From Patescibacteria group bacterium UBA2773 (lineage in GTDB: Bacteria > Patescibacteriota > Minisyncoccia > Moranbacterales > DUUL01), in NCBI GenBank assembly GCA_002352465.1, contig DEIN01000008.1, positions 564-64,563 on the forward strand: a stretch of DNA of 64,000 bases. Direction: 5' to 3'. Below, one piece after another: positions 19,035-29,392 of the stretch. Positions within the stretch are counted from its first letter, which is position 1. Every line of letters begins with the position of its first letter. The position numbers and the translations under genes are program-made. A model generated the notes under the pieces. That model searched no databases, was not told the DNA's origin, and worked only from the letters and a program-made list of their open reading frames with translations.

Positions 19035-19263
19035 TAATCCTATGAAAATTGGTAGAATCAGATTTCTTTCAAAATTTTTATTAAACCAATTCTGACTTTT
19101 TTTAATCCAATTAGATTGTTTTATGATTTTTCTTTAAAGATAAAAATTAATCAAATTTAGCTTGAATTATAACATAAAAATTATATTTTGGCAATAGAAA
19201 AAACTCAAAATTTACTTTCGAGTTTTTGTTTTCTGTGTATGAGCTATTTTGAAGCTTTTTTGG

Positions 19264-21126
19264 CTATTTAGTTTCAAGAATATTAATGTTTCTATTTTTT
19301 GCAGAAAAAGAACTTAGCCAAGAAGGTTTGTAAGAAATGATTGCTTTTTCGATTTGTTTAAGATTTGATAAATAAGCTTTGATTTCAGTATGATTTTTAT
19401 TTGATAGAGAATTTTTTATTTGAGTTTTCTTCAGAATAGGCCAATAGATAGCTTCGGCCGTTATTGATAAATTTAATTTTTTAGATTCAAAATCAGAAAT
19501 ATCTTTAGTGAAATTAATTTTGCTTATTTTGTCAAATTCTAAATCAGTTAAATTTTCTTCGTTGAAAGAACTTTTAATAAGATTGTTTAAATCGTTCTCA
19601 TTAAAAATCATTAGCTTAACTTTTTCTTGAAGTTTATAATCGAATTGATCGATTATATCGCCTGAAGCGAAAGAAGAATCGCTGTTTGTTATTTCTTTTT
19701 CAATTGAGGTCAAAACAAAAGCTTCATTTCTAGTTAATTGTTTTTTTATATTTTCTTCTAATTTTTCGTTAAAAATTTCTATAGTTTTTTCTCGAGCTGA
19801 ATTAATATCTGCGTCTGTGACGACTTTTACTTTTTTATTCTCATTATCATTTGTTCCACCGATCATAGAATTTTCTGAAATAACTTTAAACTTAGTGTAT
19901 TTATCACTATTTTTAAACCCCTCAATTGTGAATTCAGTTGATTCGACATTGTAATCTTGGCCAACTTCATCGGCAATTACTTGAACTTCTACCATTCCAG
20001 GTTGGTTGTCAGTTAAGCCTGGAACTATGGTATTTTTAATTAGTCTGAAGAGTTTTCCTTCTTTCGATAACAGACGAGTTGTTGCAACGAGCGGTTGATC
20101 TTTCGAGGAGTAGTTGTTATATATTTTAACAATTCCTCGAGCCATTCCTTTATCATTGCTAAATTTTTCACCACTAGCATTGTATCTTTCTGTAATTTCT
20201 ATTAGAAGTTCCTCATATTTACCGATAAGGCAATTTTCGTCTCTAGTTTCTTCTTGGCAAACAGTTACGTCAAGATTAGTGTTGACTACTTCGTTTTTTA
20301 AAAAAATTTCAACTGTCATTTTGGGCCAATTTAAAATAAACCAATATCCAACAATCAATATTGATAAAATAAAAATTATAAAGAATAATATTTTCCCAAT
20401 TTTTTTATTTAAAGGCTTTTTTCTCTTTTTCCCCCTTGTTTTTTTTAGTGGTTTAGTAAAATCATTTTTAGCTTTATTGTCTTGATAAAAATTATCTAAA
20501 GCTTTTTCTTGAGAATTGTTTTCGTTTTTTTCTTCAAAGGCAGGATTTATTCTGAATTTTTTTTCTTCTGGTGCTTTGTCGACTAGCGTCTCTGACTCTT
20601 TCTTGTTTTGATAATTTTGAATATGTTCTTCGCCAAAAGTGTTGGGAGTGGCAACGATTATTTTTTTGTTTTTTGGAGTTGAAAATAAACCTAAGTTTTT
20701 TATTGGAGTGGTCGATTCTTCTTTTTCTACTGAAGATTTTTGGTCTGAGTTATAAAAATTAGAACTGCCGATTTTTCTTTTCATATTTTGAGGCAAGACA
20801 TTCTCTGGTAAATCTTCAGGCTGGGTTTTTATTTGATTTGAAGGTTCGGGTTCCTTGTTACCGACAAAATCTTGAATAGATTTGTTCCTTGTTTTTAAGC
20901 CAACTCTCTCAATAATTTTTTTTGAATGTTGATCGGAGGTAACAAGGATAACGTTTTTTTTCATTTTGATAACTTCCTTTTTCAATAATTTCAAATTTAT
21001 AATTCCTTGAGTAAGTAAAGAATTTTTTGGAATAACTAAAAAAATTTCATTGACATTTTCTTTGCGAATTTTGTTGATTATTCCAATTATCTCTTCATCA
21101 ATGTCAATGTAAATAGTTTTGTGCAT
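19264..21126 (-). CDS. Hypothetical bitopic membrane protein (about 245-aa cytoplasmic N-terminus, one TM helix, about 350-aa extracytoplasmic domain)
   Basis: There is a single hydrophobic segment KILFFIIFILSILIVGYWFIL. I recognise no motifs. It is co-directional with, and immediately downstream of, the FtsA-like gene. Confidence 0.5.
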   Translation of the reverse strand: MHKTIYIDIDEEIIGIINKIRKENVNEIFLVIPKNSLLTQGIINLKLLKKEVIKMKKNVILVTSDQHSKKIIERVGLKTRNKSIQDFVGNKEPEPSNQIKTQPEDLPENVLPQNMKRKIGSSNFYNSDQKSSVEKEESTTPIKNLGLFSTPKNKKIIVATPNTFGEEHIQNYQNKKESETLVDKAPEEKKFRINPAFEEKNENNSQEKALDNFYQDNKAKNDFTKPLKKTRGKKRKKPLNKKIGKILFFIIFILSILIVGYWFILNWPKMTVEIFLKNEVVNTNLDVTVCQEETRDENCLIGKYEELLIEITERYNASGEKFSNDKGMARGIVKIYNNYSSKDQPLVATTRLLSKEGKLFRLIKNTIVPGLTDNQPGMVEVQVIADEVGQDYNVESTEFTIEGFKNSDKYTKFKVISENSMIGGTNDNENKKVKVVTDADINSAREKTIEIFNEKLEENIKKQLTRNEAFVLTSIEKEITNSDSSFASGDIIDQFDYKLQEKVKLMIFNENDLNNLIKSSFNEENLTDLEFDKISKINFTKDISDFESKKLNLSITAEAIYWPILKKTQIKNSLSNKNHTEIKAYLSNLKQIEKAIISYKPSWLSSFSAKNRNINILETK

Positions 21127-21136
21127 TTTTTAATTT

Positions 21137-22402
21137 TTAGTTTTGAATTATTTTCAAAGCATTATTTAAAGCTTCTGATAGAACGTCTTTATTTTCATTG
21201 TTTAAAATCAAACTAGCTAATCCCATTGGTGTTACGTCTTGAGGATTAGTTAATTTTCCAGTCTTGTCAATTATTTTTATGATGTCGTGAGGTTGAATAA
21301 AACCAACAGTGGGCTTGTCTGGAAACGGTATTTTTTTTAGCCAATTTTCAGAATTTAGTTGTTCATAAATTCCAGGTAAGCCACTTCCGCCTCCACATAA
21401 CAATATTCTAGGTGGCAATGAATCTAGTCGGGAAGAACAAAAATTTTCCAGTGCTATTTCTACTCCAGAAAGCCAAATTTCACAATCTTCTCGCAGTGAG
21501 TCTTCTATTTTTTTGATGTATTGAGGCTCAATTTTACCTTTTGAATAAAGTAATTTAGCTGTTTCTCCTTCCTTAAATGATAGGCTAAATTTTTTAGCTA
21601 AACTTTTAGTAAAGCTTCTTCCTCCTAATCCAAAAATTGAAGTTCCTTCCAAACTACCATTTTTAATAACAGCAATATCAGTGGTTCCTCCACCAACATC
21701 AATTAAAATTGCTCCAAAATCAGGATGATTTTCAAGTCCCATTCCATTCACGGCGGCGTAAGGTTCAGCGGCAATTGTGATTAATTTTAAATTTAGAGCT
21801 TTAGCAATGCTTCGAATAGCTCCGAGATGAACTAGCGGTGCATAAGCATTAAAAACGCTCATTGAAACGTCTCGGCCTTGAAAACCGATTGGATTAGTTA
21901 CTCTATAGCCATCTATTTCGACCGTGACAACAGCAGCATTAATTAGTTTAATATCAATATCAGAATGTCCAGATTCATAGGCTAATTGTTTTTTAATTCT
22001 TTCGAAGGCTTTCCATTGAATTTTTTGAATAATATTTTTTATTTCTGGAGAATCAATTCTAACTTCTGGTTTAGTTCTTTCGTAATGAACAGTGGTAGTC
22101 GAACCTTTGACGAATTCTCCGGCTATTCCAATTATAGTGTTTTTGACCCCCTTTATCCCAGCTTCTTGACAGGCTAAATCAATTGATTTTCGGCAAGTCT
22201 CGATTACTCCTTCGATATTGCTAACTGCTCCACTGGTCATATTACCAATTTTTTGTCTAGTTTTTCCTACTCCAAGAACCACTCCTTTCTGAGTTTCTTC
22301 GTCAATCTTATACACTAAGCTTTTAACAAATTCTGTGCCTATATCTAAGGCTAGAAAAAAATCTTTGTTAAATTTTTTGTCTTTTCCAAAAAATAAAGCC
22401 AT
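21137..22402 (-). CDS. Actin-like ATPase of the FtsA/PilM family
   Basis: LALDIGTEFVK is a phosphate-1 motif and IDVGGGTTDIAVI is a phosphate-2 motif. The product is 421 aa. Confidence 0.65.
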   Translation of the reverse strand: MALFFGKDKKFNKDFFLALDIGTEFVKSLVYKIDEETQKGVVLGVGKTRQKIGNMTSGAVSNIEGVIETCRKSIDLACQEAGIKGVKNTIIGIAGEFVKGSTTTVHYERTKPEVRIDSPEIKNIIQKIQWKAFERIKKQLAYESGHSDIDIKLINAAVVTVEIDGYRVTNPIGFQGRDVSMSVFNAYAPLVHLGAIRSIAKALNLKLITIAAEPYAAVNGMGLENHPDFGAILIDVGGGTTDIAVIKNGSLEGTSIFGLGGRSFTKSLAKKFSLSFKEGETAKLLYSKGKIEPQYIKKIEDSLREDCEIWLSGVEIALENFCSSRLDSLPPRILLCGGGSGLPGIYEQLNSENWLKKIPFPDKPTVGFIQPHDIIKIIDKTGKLTNPQDVTPMGLASLILNNENKDVLSEALNNALKIIQN

Positions 22403-22503
22403 TTTTTTAGGAGATTTTTTCCAAACAAAATTTTACAATATAAAATATATTTGAAAAGGTCTCTTTATTTGTTTTTAACTTATTTAAATTATATCACAAT
22501 AAA

Positions 22504-23238
22504 TTATTTATTACGAGCTTTTCTGCCAGCCATACATTTTTTTTTGGTTTTGGATCTTTTGCAATATTCCATCATTACTGCTCTGAATTTTCCGTTGATT
22601 ATTGTTTTGCCTTTTTCCATTAGGGTGGCTCTGTCAGCAATTAAGCCAGCTTCTTCTCGATGAGTAATGAGCAAAATCGAACATTTTAGTTCATTTTTTA
22701 TTTTTAGCAATAAATCATAGAGTTCATTATAAACTATTATATCCAAAGAAGCGTCAGGTTCGTCTAAAATCATCAATTTAGGTCTCATTAAAATAACCGA
22801 GGCTAACTCAATTCTTTTCCTTTCGCCACCGCTTAGTTTTTCATCAATTTTTCGATTTAAAATTTCGCTATTTAAGTCTAAAAGCTCAAGAGTCTTTTTT
22901 AGATTTTTTTTGAAATTAATCTTACTACTAATTGAAAGAAAATCTTTAACTAAAAGTCCTTCAAAACGAGCTGGTTCCTGAAAAGCTAAAGTCAGACCCA
23001 AGTTAGCTCTTTCATAAATTTTTTTCTTAGTAATGACTTTATTCTGAAAGTTAATTTGTCCAGATTGAATTAAATCAGCATTAATTCCCATTAAGGCGTA
23101 GGCTAGGGTTGTTTTACCGCTACCATTTTTTCCTAAAAGACAATGAATTTCATTTTCTTTTATTTCTAGATTAGCTTGGTCGAGGATAATTTTTTTGTCT
23201 GATTTATTGAAAACTGTTAGATTAGTGACTTTGAGCAT
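22504..23238 (-). CDS. ABC-type ATPase, SufC-like
   Basis: Walker A is GKNGSGKTT, the signature is LSGGERKR, DEPDASLDI and the ITH H-loop resemble SufC. There is an unusual basic Cys-containing tail (CKRSKTKKKCMAGRKARNK). Confidence 0.7.
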   Translation of the reverse strand: MLKVTNLTVFNKSDKKIILDQANLEIKENEIHCLLGKNGSGKTTLAYALMGINADLIQSGQINFQNKVITKKKIYERANLGLTLAFQEPARFEGLLVKDFLSISSKINFKKNLKKTLELLDLNSEILNRKIDEKLSGGERKRIELASVILMRPKLMILDEPDASLDIIVYNELYDLLLKIKNELKCSILLITHREEAGLIADRATLMEKGKTIINGKFRAVMMEYCKRSKTKKKCMAGRKARNK

Positions 23239-23248
23239 ATTTTTTTAT

Positions 23249-24493
23249 TTAAAAATCAGATTCTTCTAAAGTAGTTTTAGTTATTTTTTCCTTGCCTTTA
23301 CTTAAAATTTTAAGTTCAATTTCTTCCCCAACTTCTTTTTTTCGGATTATCTTGGCTAAATTATTTTTTTCAGTAATTTTTTCGTTATCAATTTCTAAAA
23401 TAATATCGTATTCTAATAATCCGGCTTTATCGGCTGGACTTCCTGGAAGGATGGCTAATTCATCTCGGCTATTTCCTCTTAGAATTAAAGCTCCATAATC
23501 AACTAATAAATTATTTTTTTCTTTGATTTTTTCGTTTACAATCAAATAGCGAACTCCTAGATAAGGTCTAACAATTTTTCCTGTTTCTTTGACACTCTTA
23601 TAAATATCTTTTATTTGATTGATCGGAATAGTGAAACCGATGTTTTCTGCTCCCTGAGCCATTGCTACATTAACTCCAATCACATTTCCTTTTAAATCGA
23701 ACAAAGGACCGCCTGAATTACCTGGATTAATAGCAGCATCAGTTTGAATGACTTCTTCAAGAATTTCAGTTTGCCCTAAAGAATTTCCAGCTTCTACTTC
23801 TCTTTTTAGACCAGAAATTATTCCTTTAGAAACTGTATTACTAAACTCACCTAGAGAATTACCTATTGCAATTACTGTTTGCCCGACTTGCAAGTTTTCG
23901 GAATCTCCAAGTTTAATTATAGGCAAATCTTTTCCTTCTATTTTTAAAATAGCTATATCTAAAAAATTATCTCTAGCCAAAATTTTGGCTTCAAAAGTTT
24001 CTTGGTTGTTTAGCATTATAGTATAATTGGCTTTTAAATCATCAACAACGTGCTTATTAGTGATGATATAACCGCTGGAGTCGATAATAAATCCTGTTCC
24101 ACCTCCGATTTCTCGAGTTTCTGTTTCTGTTTCATCTTGGTTACCTGAATAAAATTGATTAAAAAAGGGATCATTAAAAAAACTATCTAGTTTGGGAACG
24201 TCTTTCGTGATGACAATACTAACGACAGCAGGAGCATTTTCTTGAACAACTTTTACGACTGATTGATCTTCTTCCAATAAAGAACTTTGAGTTGAATCTT
24301 GTAAAATTTTATTTTTAGAGGTGAAATTATCTTGAAAAATTTCTAATTCATTGATTTTTTTTTGAAAAAATCTTTCACTAGCGAAGAAACCACCTAAAGC
24401 ACCTGCTAAACTACTAATTGAAATCAACAAAGTCAAATAAAAATATATATTTTTATTATTATTCATTATTATTGATTGTTTTTTCTTTATCAT
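23249..24493 (-). CDS. htrA: HtrA/DegP-family serine protease with a PDZ domain
   Basis: GNSGGPLFDLKGNVIGVN is the trypsin catalytic-Ser motif, and the C-terminus carries a PDZ domain. There is an N-terminal transmembrane anchor. Confidence 0.85.
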   Translation of the reverse strand: MIKKKQSIIMNNNKNIYFYLTLLISISSLAGALGGFFASERFFQKKINELEIFQDNFTSKNKILQDSTQSSLLEEDQSVVKVVQENAPAVVSIVITKDVPKLDSFFNDPFFNQFYSGNQDETETETREIGGGTGFIIDSSGYIITNKHVVDDLKANYTIMLNNQETFEAKILARDNFLDIAILKIEGKDLPIIKLGDSENLQVGQTVIAIGNSLGEFSNTVSKGIISGLKREVEAGNSLGQTEILEEVIQTDAAINPGNSGGPLFDLKGNVIGVNVAMAQGAENIGFTIPINQIKDIYKSVKETGKIVRPYLGVRYLIVNEKIKEKNNLLVDYGALILRGNSRDELAILPGSPADKAGLLEYDIILEIDNEKITEKNNLAKIIRKKEVGEEIELKILSKGKEKITKTTLEESDF

Positions 24494-24547
24494 TTTATTT
24501 TAATCTTTATTTTTAATTAATCTAAAATTTAGTTAAAATATTATTTT

Positions 24548-24730
24548 TTATTCTTCTTCAATTAAAATGGCTTGACTTGGGCAATTTTCAGCAATTTCGT
24601 TTAAATTACAATTTTTAAAATTAGTATTTATTATTTTTGCTGTTCCGTTTTCTAGCAAAAAACAATCGGGACAAAGTGACTGACAAATACCGCAACCGAT
24701 GCAGGCTTCCTCGTCGATTTTTAGCTTCAT
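24548..24730 (-). CDS. 4Fe-4S ferredoxin (single/di-cluster, 60 aa)
   Basis: CIGCGICQSLCP plus a second Cys group CNLNEIAENCP. Confidence 0.7.
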   Translation of the reverse strand: MKLKIDEEACIGCGICQSLCPDCFLLENGTAKIINTNFKNCNLNEIAENCPSQAILIEEE

Positions 24731-24745
24731 AAATGTTTATAATAA

Positions 24746-25783
24746 TTAATAGACACTGGGGTCTCCATTTGAGTTGCTACGTAAAATCGTTTCGTTTTCT
24801 TCTAGTAATTGATTAGAAAATTTTATTTTTAACTCTTTTTTATCCCAATAATAATCTTTTAAAAATGTTCTAATTGAATATTCTTTTTTTCTGGTATTTA
24901 GCCAATTTAAAAAACTTCCTTCTTGAGTAAAAATTTGTTTTAATTTGACTTCTTTTACGTTATTTTTTTCTTTGATTTCTTCTAGATAAATAATATGACT
25001 TCCCAAAGAACTTTTGATTACTTCTGAGAACTCACCTGGTTGCATCGAGTAAGCTTTTTCGGCTATCTTTTTAGAAAGATATTCTTTTTTAAACCAACCA
25101 ATTGAGCCACCATTTTCAGCGGTTTCTCCTTCTGAATATTTTTTAGCAACTTCTTCAAAATTGTTATTATCAGTTAATGATTGATAGGCTTGGTTGATTT
25201 TACTTTTCGATGAATTAGTCTTGTCAATTTCTTTTTCATAATAATCTATTAATCGAATTAAATAAATTCTGGGAATAATGACTTTATCTCTAAAGTCACT
25301 TAGACTCCAATTATAGAGTTTTTTGAGATTTAAAGCTAGATTTTCGGTATTTCCAGCTTCTTGAGCTTTAGAAATCAACTCTTGCCCAGCTTCTTTTTTG
25401 GAAACATTAATTCCTTCGGCTCTAGCTATCGATTGAATTATTTTATCTTCAATAAGTTTATTAAAAATTTCTTTTTCTTTTACTTTTAAACGTTGTTGAC
25501 CTTCTTTTGTTTCAAAATCAATTCTTAGCCCTATTTCTGAAAAATCTTGAGAGTTATAAAATTTTTCTAAAGATTCGACATTTTGTAAAAGATCCCGGGT
25601 AGTGATTAACTGATTGCCATCAATTAAAGTGATAGGGTAAGGAATTATTTTAAAAAATCTTTGATTAAATTTTCCGAGAGGGCTAAAAAAATAAAAAGTA
25701 ATTAAAAATGCAGAACAAAAAATCATAAATAAAATAATATACAAAAATCCTTTCTTAATTTTTTTAATAGATAGTTTTTCCAT
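24746..25783 (-). CDS. PpiC-type (parvulin) peptidyl-prolyl isomerase, PrsA/SurA-like, membrane-anchored
   Basis: It has an N-terminal transmembrane helix. The parvulin domain reads GGSIGWFKKEYLSKKIAEKAYSMQPGEFSEVIKSSLGSHII. Confidence 0.7.
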   Translation of the reverse strand: MEKLSIKKIKKGFLYIILFMIFCSAFLITFYFFSPLGKFNQRFFKIIPYPITLIDGNQLITTRDLLQNVESLEKFYNSQDFSEIGLRIDFETKEGQQRLKVKEKEIFNKLIEDKIIQSIARAEGINVSKKEAGQELISKAQEAGNTENLALNLKKLYNWSLSDFRDKVIIPRIYLIRLIDYYEKEIDKTNSSKSKINQAYQSLTDNNNFEEVAKKYSEGETAENGGSIGWFKKEYLSKKIAEKAYSMQPGEFSEVIKSSLGSHIIYLEEIKEKNNVKEVKLKQIFTQEGSFLNWLNTRKKEYSIRTFLKDYYWDKKELKIKFSNQLLEENETILRSNSNGDPSVY

Positions 25784-25847
25784 TTTTTGTTTGATGTTTT
25801 AAAACCAACTTAATTTTATCAAGTTTATTCTTTTAAATCAAGATGTT

Positions 25848-27113
25848 TTATTCATTTCTTAACGCTTCCATTGGTGTTAATCTAGAAGCTTTTTTAGCTG
25901 GTTTATAACCAAATATAACACCAGTTATCATTGAAAAACCAACAGCTAAAAGCACAGAAAATAATGTGACGGGAAAACTTAAAATAAATTCAAATTTTGA
26001 AGCAACAATTTCAGCAATTTTTGAAAAAACAGCGCCAGTTATAATTCCTACTAAACCTCCGATTAAAGTTAAAATAATTGCTTCGTAAATAAATTGCATC
26101 AAAATATCTTTATTTTTAGCGCCTAGGGCTTTTCTGAGGCCAATTTCAGAAGTTCTTTCTGTGACGGCTACATACATCACATTCATTATTCCTACTCCAC
26201 CAACTACTAGTGAAATTGAAGTCAGACCGATTAATAAGGCATTGAGAATACTAAAAATTTGGTCCACCATGTCAGTGGCTTCAGACATTGAGGTGATGGT
26301 AAAATCATCGTCGATTGGTAAGTCAATGTCGTGATTTTTTCTTAGGATTTTTTCCATTGTTTTGATAGTAATGGCATCTTTTTGAGTGTCGTTACTTTTA
26401 AAAACTATCCACTGAACATAATCAGTTCCTAGTAATTTTTTTTGAGCAGTTTGAACTGGTAAATAAATAATGCTGTCAAAATCAAAAAAGCCAGTTGATC
26501 CTCTTTTCTCTAGAACCCCTTTGACTTGATATTTTTGATTACCAATTTTGATTTTTTTGCCGATGGCTTTTTTGTTTCCAAATAAATTTTTAGTAATTTC
26601 AGCTCCTAGAATTGCGTATTTTTGGTAATTATCATCATCGGATTTAGTAAATTTTTTACCTTTTTCAATTTTCATATTACTATCAATCTCAAAAACTCCT
26701 GCTGAAACGGCCATAATCATTGCGGTTTCATTTTTATCTTCAAAAGAAATTAGTTTTTGAGTCATTACTCCCGCGTACCAAGCTTCTAAATTTTTTAATT
26801 TAGCAATTTCTTCGGCGTCTTTTAGTTTTAAAGTTTTAATTTCAGTTCCGCTAGCAATTCCTCCGGCATTTCCAGAGGAACTTTTGTCTTTTCCTGGTAC
26901 TTTAATTTCTAGATTGATAATATCGCTACCAAAAGATTCAACTTGGTCGATGACATATTTTTTCATTCCAGCGCCCAAAGATAGAACAATAATTACTAGC
27001 ATTACTCCGATTATAACGCCCAATAAAGACAAGGCTGTTCGCTTCTTGTTTCTGAATAAGTTTTTTAGTGCCAAGTGCAAAGCGATTTTTTGTGATCTTA
27101 AAAGGTTAATCAT
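25848..27113 (-). CDS. ABC transporter permease, MacB/FtsX family
   Basis: It has one N-terminal transmembrane helix, a periplasmic domain, and three C-terminal helices of the FtsX-like fold. The product is 421 aa. Confidence 0.8.
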   Translation of the reverse strand: MINLLRSQKIALHLALKNLFRNKKRTALSLLGVIIGVMLVIIVLSLGAGMKKYVIDQVESFGSDIINLEIKVPGKDKSSSGNAGGIASGTEIKTLKLKDAEEIAKLKNLEAWYAGVMTQKLISFEDKNETAMIMAVSAGVFEIDSNMKIEKGKKFTKSDDDNYQKYAILGAEITKNLFGNKKAIGKKIKIGNQKYQVKGVLEKRGSTGFFDFDSIIYLPVQTAQKKLLGTDYVQWIVFKSNDTQKDAITIKTMEKILRKNHDIDLPIDDDFTITSMSEATDMVDQIFSILNALLIGLTSISLVVGGVGIMNVMYVAVTERTSEIGLRKALGAKNKDILMQFIYEAIILTLIGGLVGIITGAVFSKIAEIVASKFEFILSFPVTLFSVLLAVGFSMITGVIFGYKPAKKASRLTPMEALRNE

Positions 27114-27141
27114 TCGAATTCGTAAAATTAATTAAAATAAT

Positions 27142-28425
27142 CTATTCATAGTGAAGGGCTTCCATCGGACTGATTCGAGAAGCTTTTCGAGCAGGATAAA
27201 CTCCAAAAATAATTCCAACCGTCACGGAAATCACAACGGCAACAACAATTGAAAAAATAGAAATTAAAAATTCCCAGTCATAGCCAAGATAATTGACCAC
27301 GATGAAAATCAGAAAAGAAATAATAAATCCTAATAATATTCCGATCAAGCCGCCAATCAAAGAAACGAAAATTGCTTCAATTAAAAATTGAGTCAAGATA
27401 TCTTTATTATTAGCTCCAATCGATTTCCTGAGTCCAACTTCTTTAATCCTTTGATTGACTGAAATTAACATAATATTCATTATTCCAATTCCTCCTACCA
27501 GCAAAGAAACTGAGGCGACGGCTAAAAGAAAATATCTGATGATGTCAGTTACTTTTTCAAGGGTTTTTAGCGCCATGGCTTGATCTTTAATAGCAAAATC
27601 ATCCTTGCTTGGATCATCGATATCATGTTCAGCTCTTAGAATTTGAGTAATTTGTTTTTTAGCTAGATTTATTTGATTGGGATTGGCTATTTTTATTCTA
27701 ATAAAATTTAGATAATTTACTCCCAAGATTAATTTTTGAGCGGTTTTCAAAGGAATTAAAACTGAATCATTTTGATTTAATGCTCCAAAAGCTGAAGTCC
27801 CTTCTTCTTCTAGGACTCCAATCACTCGGAAATAATATTTCTTTATTTTAATTTTTTGATTGATTGGATTTTCATTTCCAAAAAAATCTTTAGCAATTGT
27901 ATGGCCCAAGACTACTATTTTGTCTAAAGACCGATCATCTTTTTCGGAAAAGAATCGACCTTGAGATATTTTTGTATCAGCTATTTCTAGATAACTGCTG
28001 GTGGTTCCTATTAAACTTAAATTTTCATCTCGATTTTTTCTGGAAACGGAAACGGTTCCATTATTATAACCGGCAATTGCGGAAAGTCCTTGAATGCTTT
28101 CGCTTTTTTTTATAGTTTCTAAATCATCATTCGTCAAGGTTTTAATAACAATTCCATAAATTGAAGCGGGAGGACCATTCTCTTTGGAAGCGCCTGGCGT
28201 GACGGCGATTAGATTAGAACCTATTCCTTCGACTTGTTTCAGAATTAATCTTTGAGCTGAATTTCCGATGGCCATAATAATAATGACGGAAGCAACACCA
28301 ATAATTATTCCCAAGATAGTTAAAAAAGAGCGAGTTTTGTTCGCTAGGAGATTTTTTTGAGAGAATTTTAGAGCGTTTAGTAAATACATAGCAAATTTAT
28401 TTTTAAAATAAATTTGAAATTCCAA
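27142..28425 (-). CDS. ABC transporter permease, MacB/FtsX family (paralog)
   Basis: It has the same architecture as the upstream paralog. The true start may be the internal Met near 28389. Confidence 0.8.
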   Translation of the reverse strand: MEFQIYFKNKFAMYLLNALKFSQKNLLANKTRSFLTILGIIIGVASVIIIMAIGNSAQRLILKQVEGIGSNLIAVTPGASKENGPPASIYGIVIKTLTNDDLETIKKSESIQGLSAIAGYNNGTVSVSRKNRDENLSLIGTTSSYLEIADTKISQGRFFSEKDDRSLDKIVVLGHTIAKDFFGNENPINQKIKIKKYYFRVIGVLEEEGTSAFGALNQNDSVLIPLKTAQKLILGVNYLNFIRIKIANPNQINLAKKQITQILRAEHDIDDPSKDDFAIKDQAMALKTLEKVTDIIRYFLLAVASVSLLVGGIGIMNIMLISVNQRIKEVGLRKSIGANNKDILTQFLIEAIFVSLIGGLIGILLGFIISFLIFIVVNYLGYDWEFLISIFSIVVAVVISVTVGIIFGVYPARKASRISPMEALHYE

Positions 28426-28487
28426 GTTACAAATTCCAAGTTACAAACAAATTTCAAATTATAAATTAAAAATCTCAAACTTAAAAA

Positions 28488-28510
28488 GCCGAAGGCTTTT
28501 GTTTTTAATT
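28488..28510. terminator. Hairpin aaagcc-gaa-ggcttt with T-runs on both strands, between the ABC ATPase and permease genes
   Basis: It reads aaaagccgaaggcttttgtttt. On the minus strand it is followed by cuuuuuaaguuu. It may be an intra-operon attenuator. Confidence 0.4.
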
Positions 28511-28660
28511 TAAATTTTATAATTTTTAATTTTATAAACCTTTCCTATCGGCAGGCAGGTAAATCTCAATTTTTAAATCTAAAACGTTTCGTACGCTAGG
28601 TTTAAAAATTAGAATTTAAAATTTATTTAAAAATTACAAAATTACAAAATTAAAAATTAA

Positions 28661-29356
28661 TTAGATTCTTTGATCTTTCGTGATTTTCCCATCCCCCACC
28701 TGAATAATTCTTCGAGCATATTCTGCGATTGATTCTTCATGAGTCACTAAGATGATGGTTTTACCGGCCTTATTTAATTTTTCAAAAATTTTCATAATGG
28801 CTTCTCCTGATTTTGAATCAAGATTTCCAGTTGGCTCGTCTGCAAAAATAATGCTGGGGTTGTTGACTAAAGCTCTGGCAATAGCCACTCTTTGTTTTTG
28901 CCCGCCTGAAATTTGATTAGACAAATGATCAACTCGATGTTCCAATCCAACTGCCTTAAGAGCATTGTCTATTTTTAGATTATTTTCTTTTTTATTGTTT
29001 TTCTGAGTATTGTACAAGAGAGGTAGTTCTACATTTTCGTAAACACTGGTTCTTGGTAATAAATTAAAAGCTTGAAAAACAAAGCCAACTTCTTGGTTTC
29101 TGATATCAGAAAGTTCGTCATCGGAATAATTTTTAACATTTTTGCCTTTAAAAAAATAGTCACCAGCTGTTTGTTTATCTAAAAATCCCAACATTTGCAT
29201 CAAAGTTGATTTTCCTGAACCGCTTGGTCCCATAATGGCAATGAATTCGCCTGGTTCAATTTCAAAAGTGGCATTTTTCAAGGCTTTGGTTTCTACCCCA
29301 TCGTTGTTATAAGTTTTGGCTAAGTTTTTGATTTGAATTAATTTTGGTTGTTTCAT
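28661..29356 (-). CDS. ABC transporter ATP-binding protein (MacB/LolD-type)
   Basis: Walker A is GPSGSGKST, the signature is ISGGQKQR, and Walker B is IIFADEPT. Confidence 0.85.
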   Translation of the reverse strand: MKQPKLIQIKNLAKTYNNDGVETKALKNATFEIEPGEFIAIMGPSGSGKSTLMQMLGFLDKQTAGDYFFKGKNVKNYSDDELSDIRNQEVGFVFQAFNLLPRTSVYENVELPLLYNTQKNNKKENNLKIDNALKAVGLEHRVDHLSNQISGGQKQRVAIARALVNNPSIIFADEPTGNLDSKSGEAIMKIFEKLNKAGKTIILVTHEESIAEYARRIIQVGDGKITKDQRI

Positions 29357-29392
29357 TTTTAAATTTTATGAATTTGTTCGTCTTAGGAGGAT

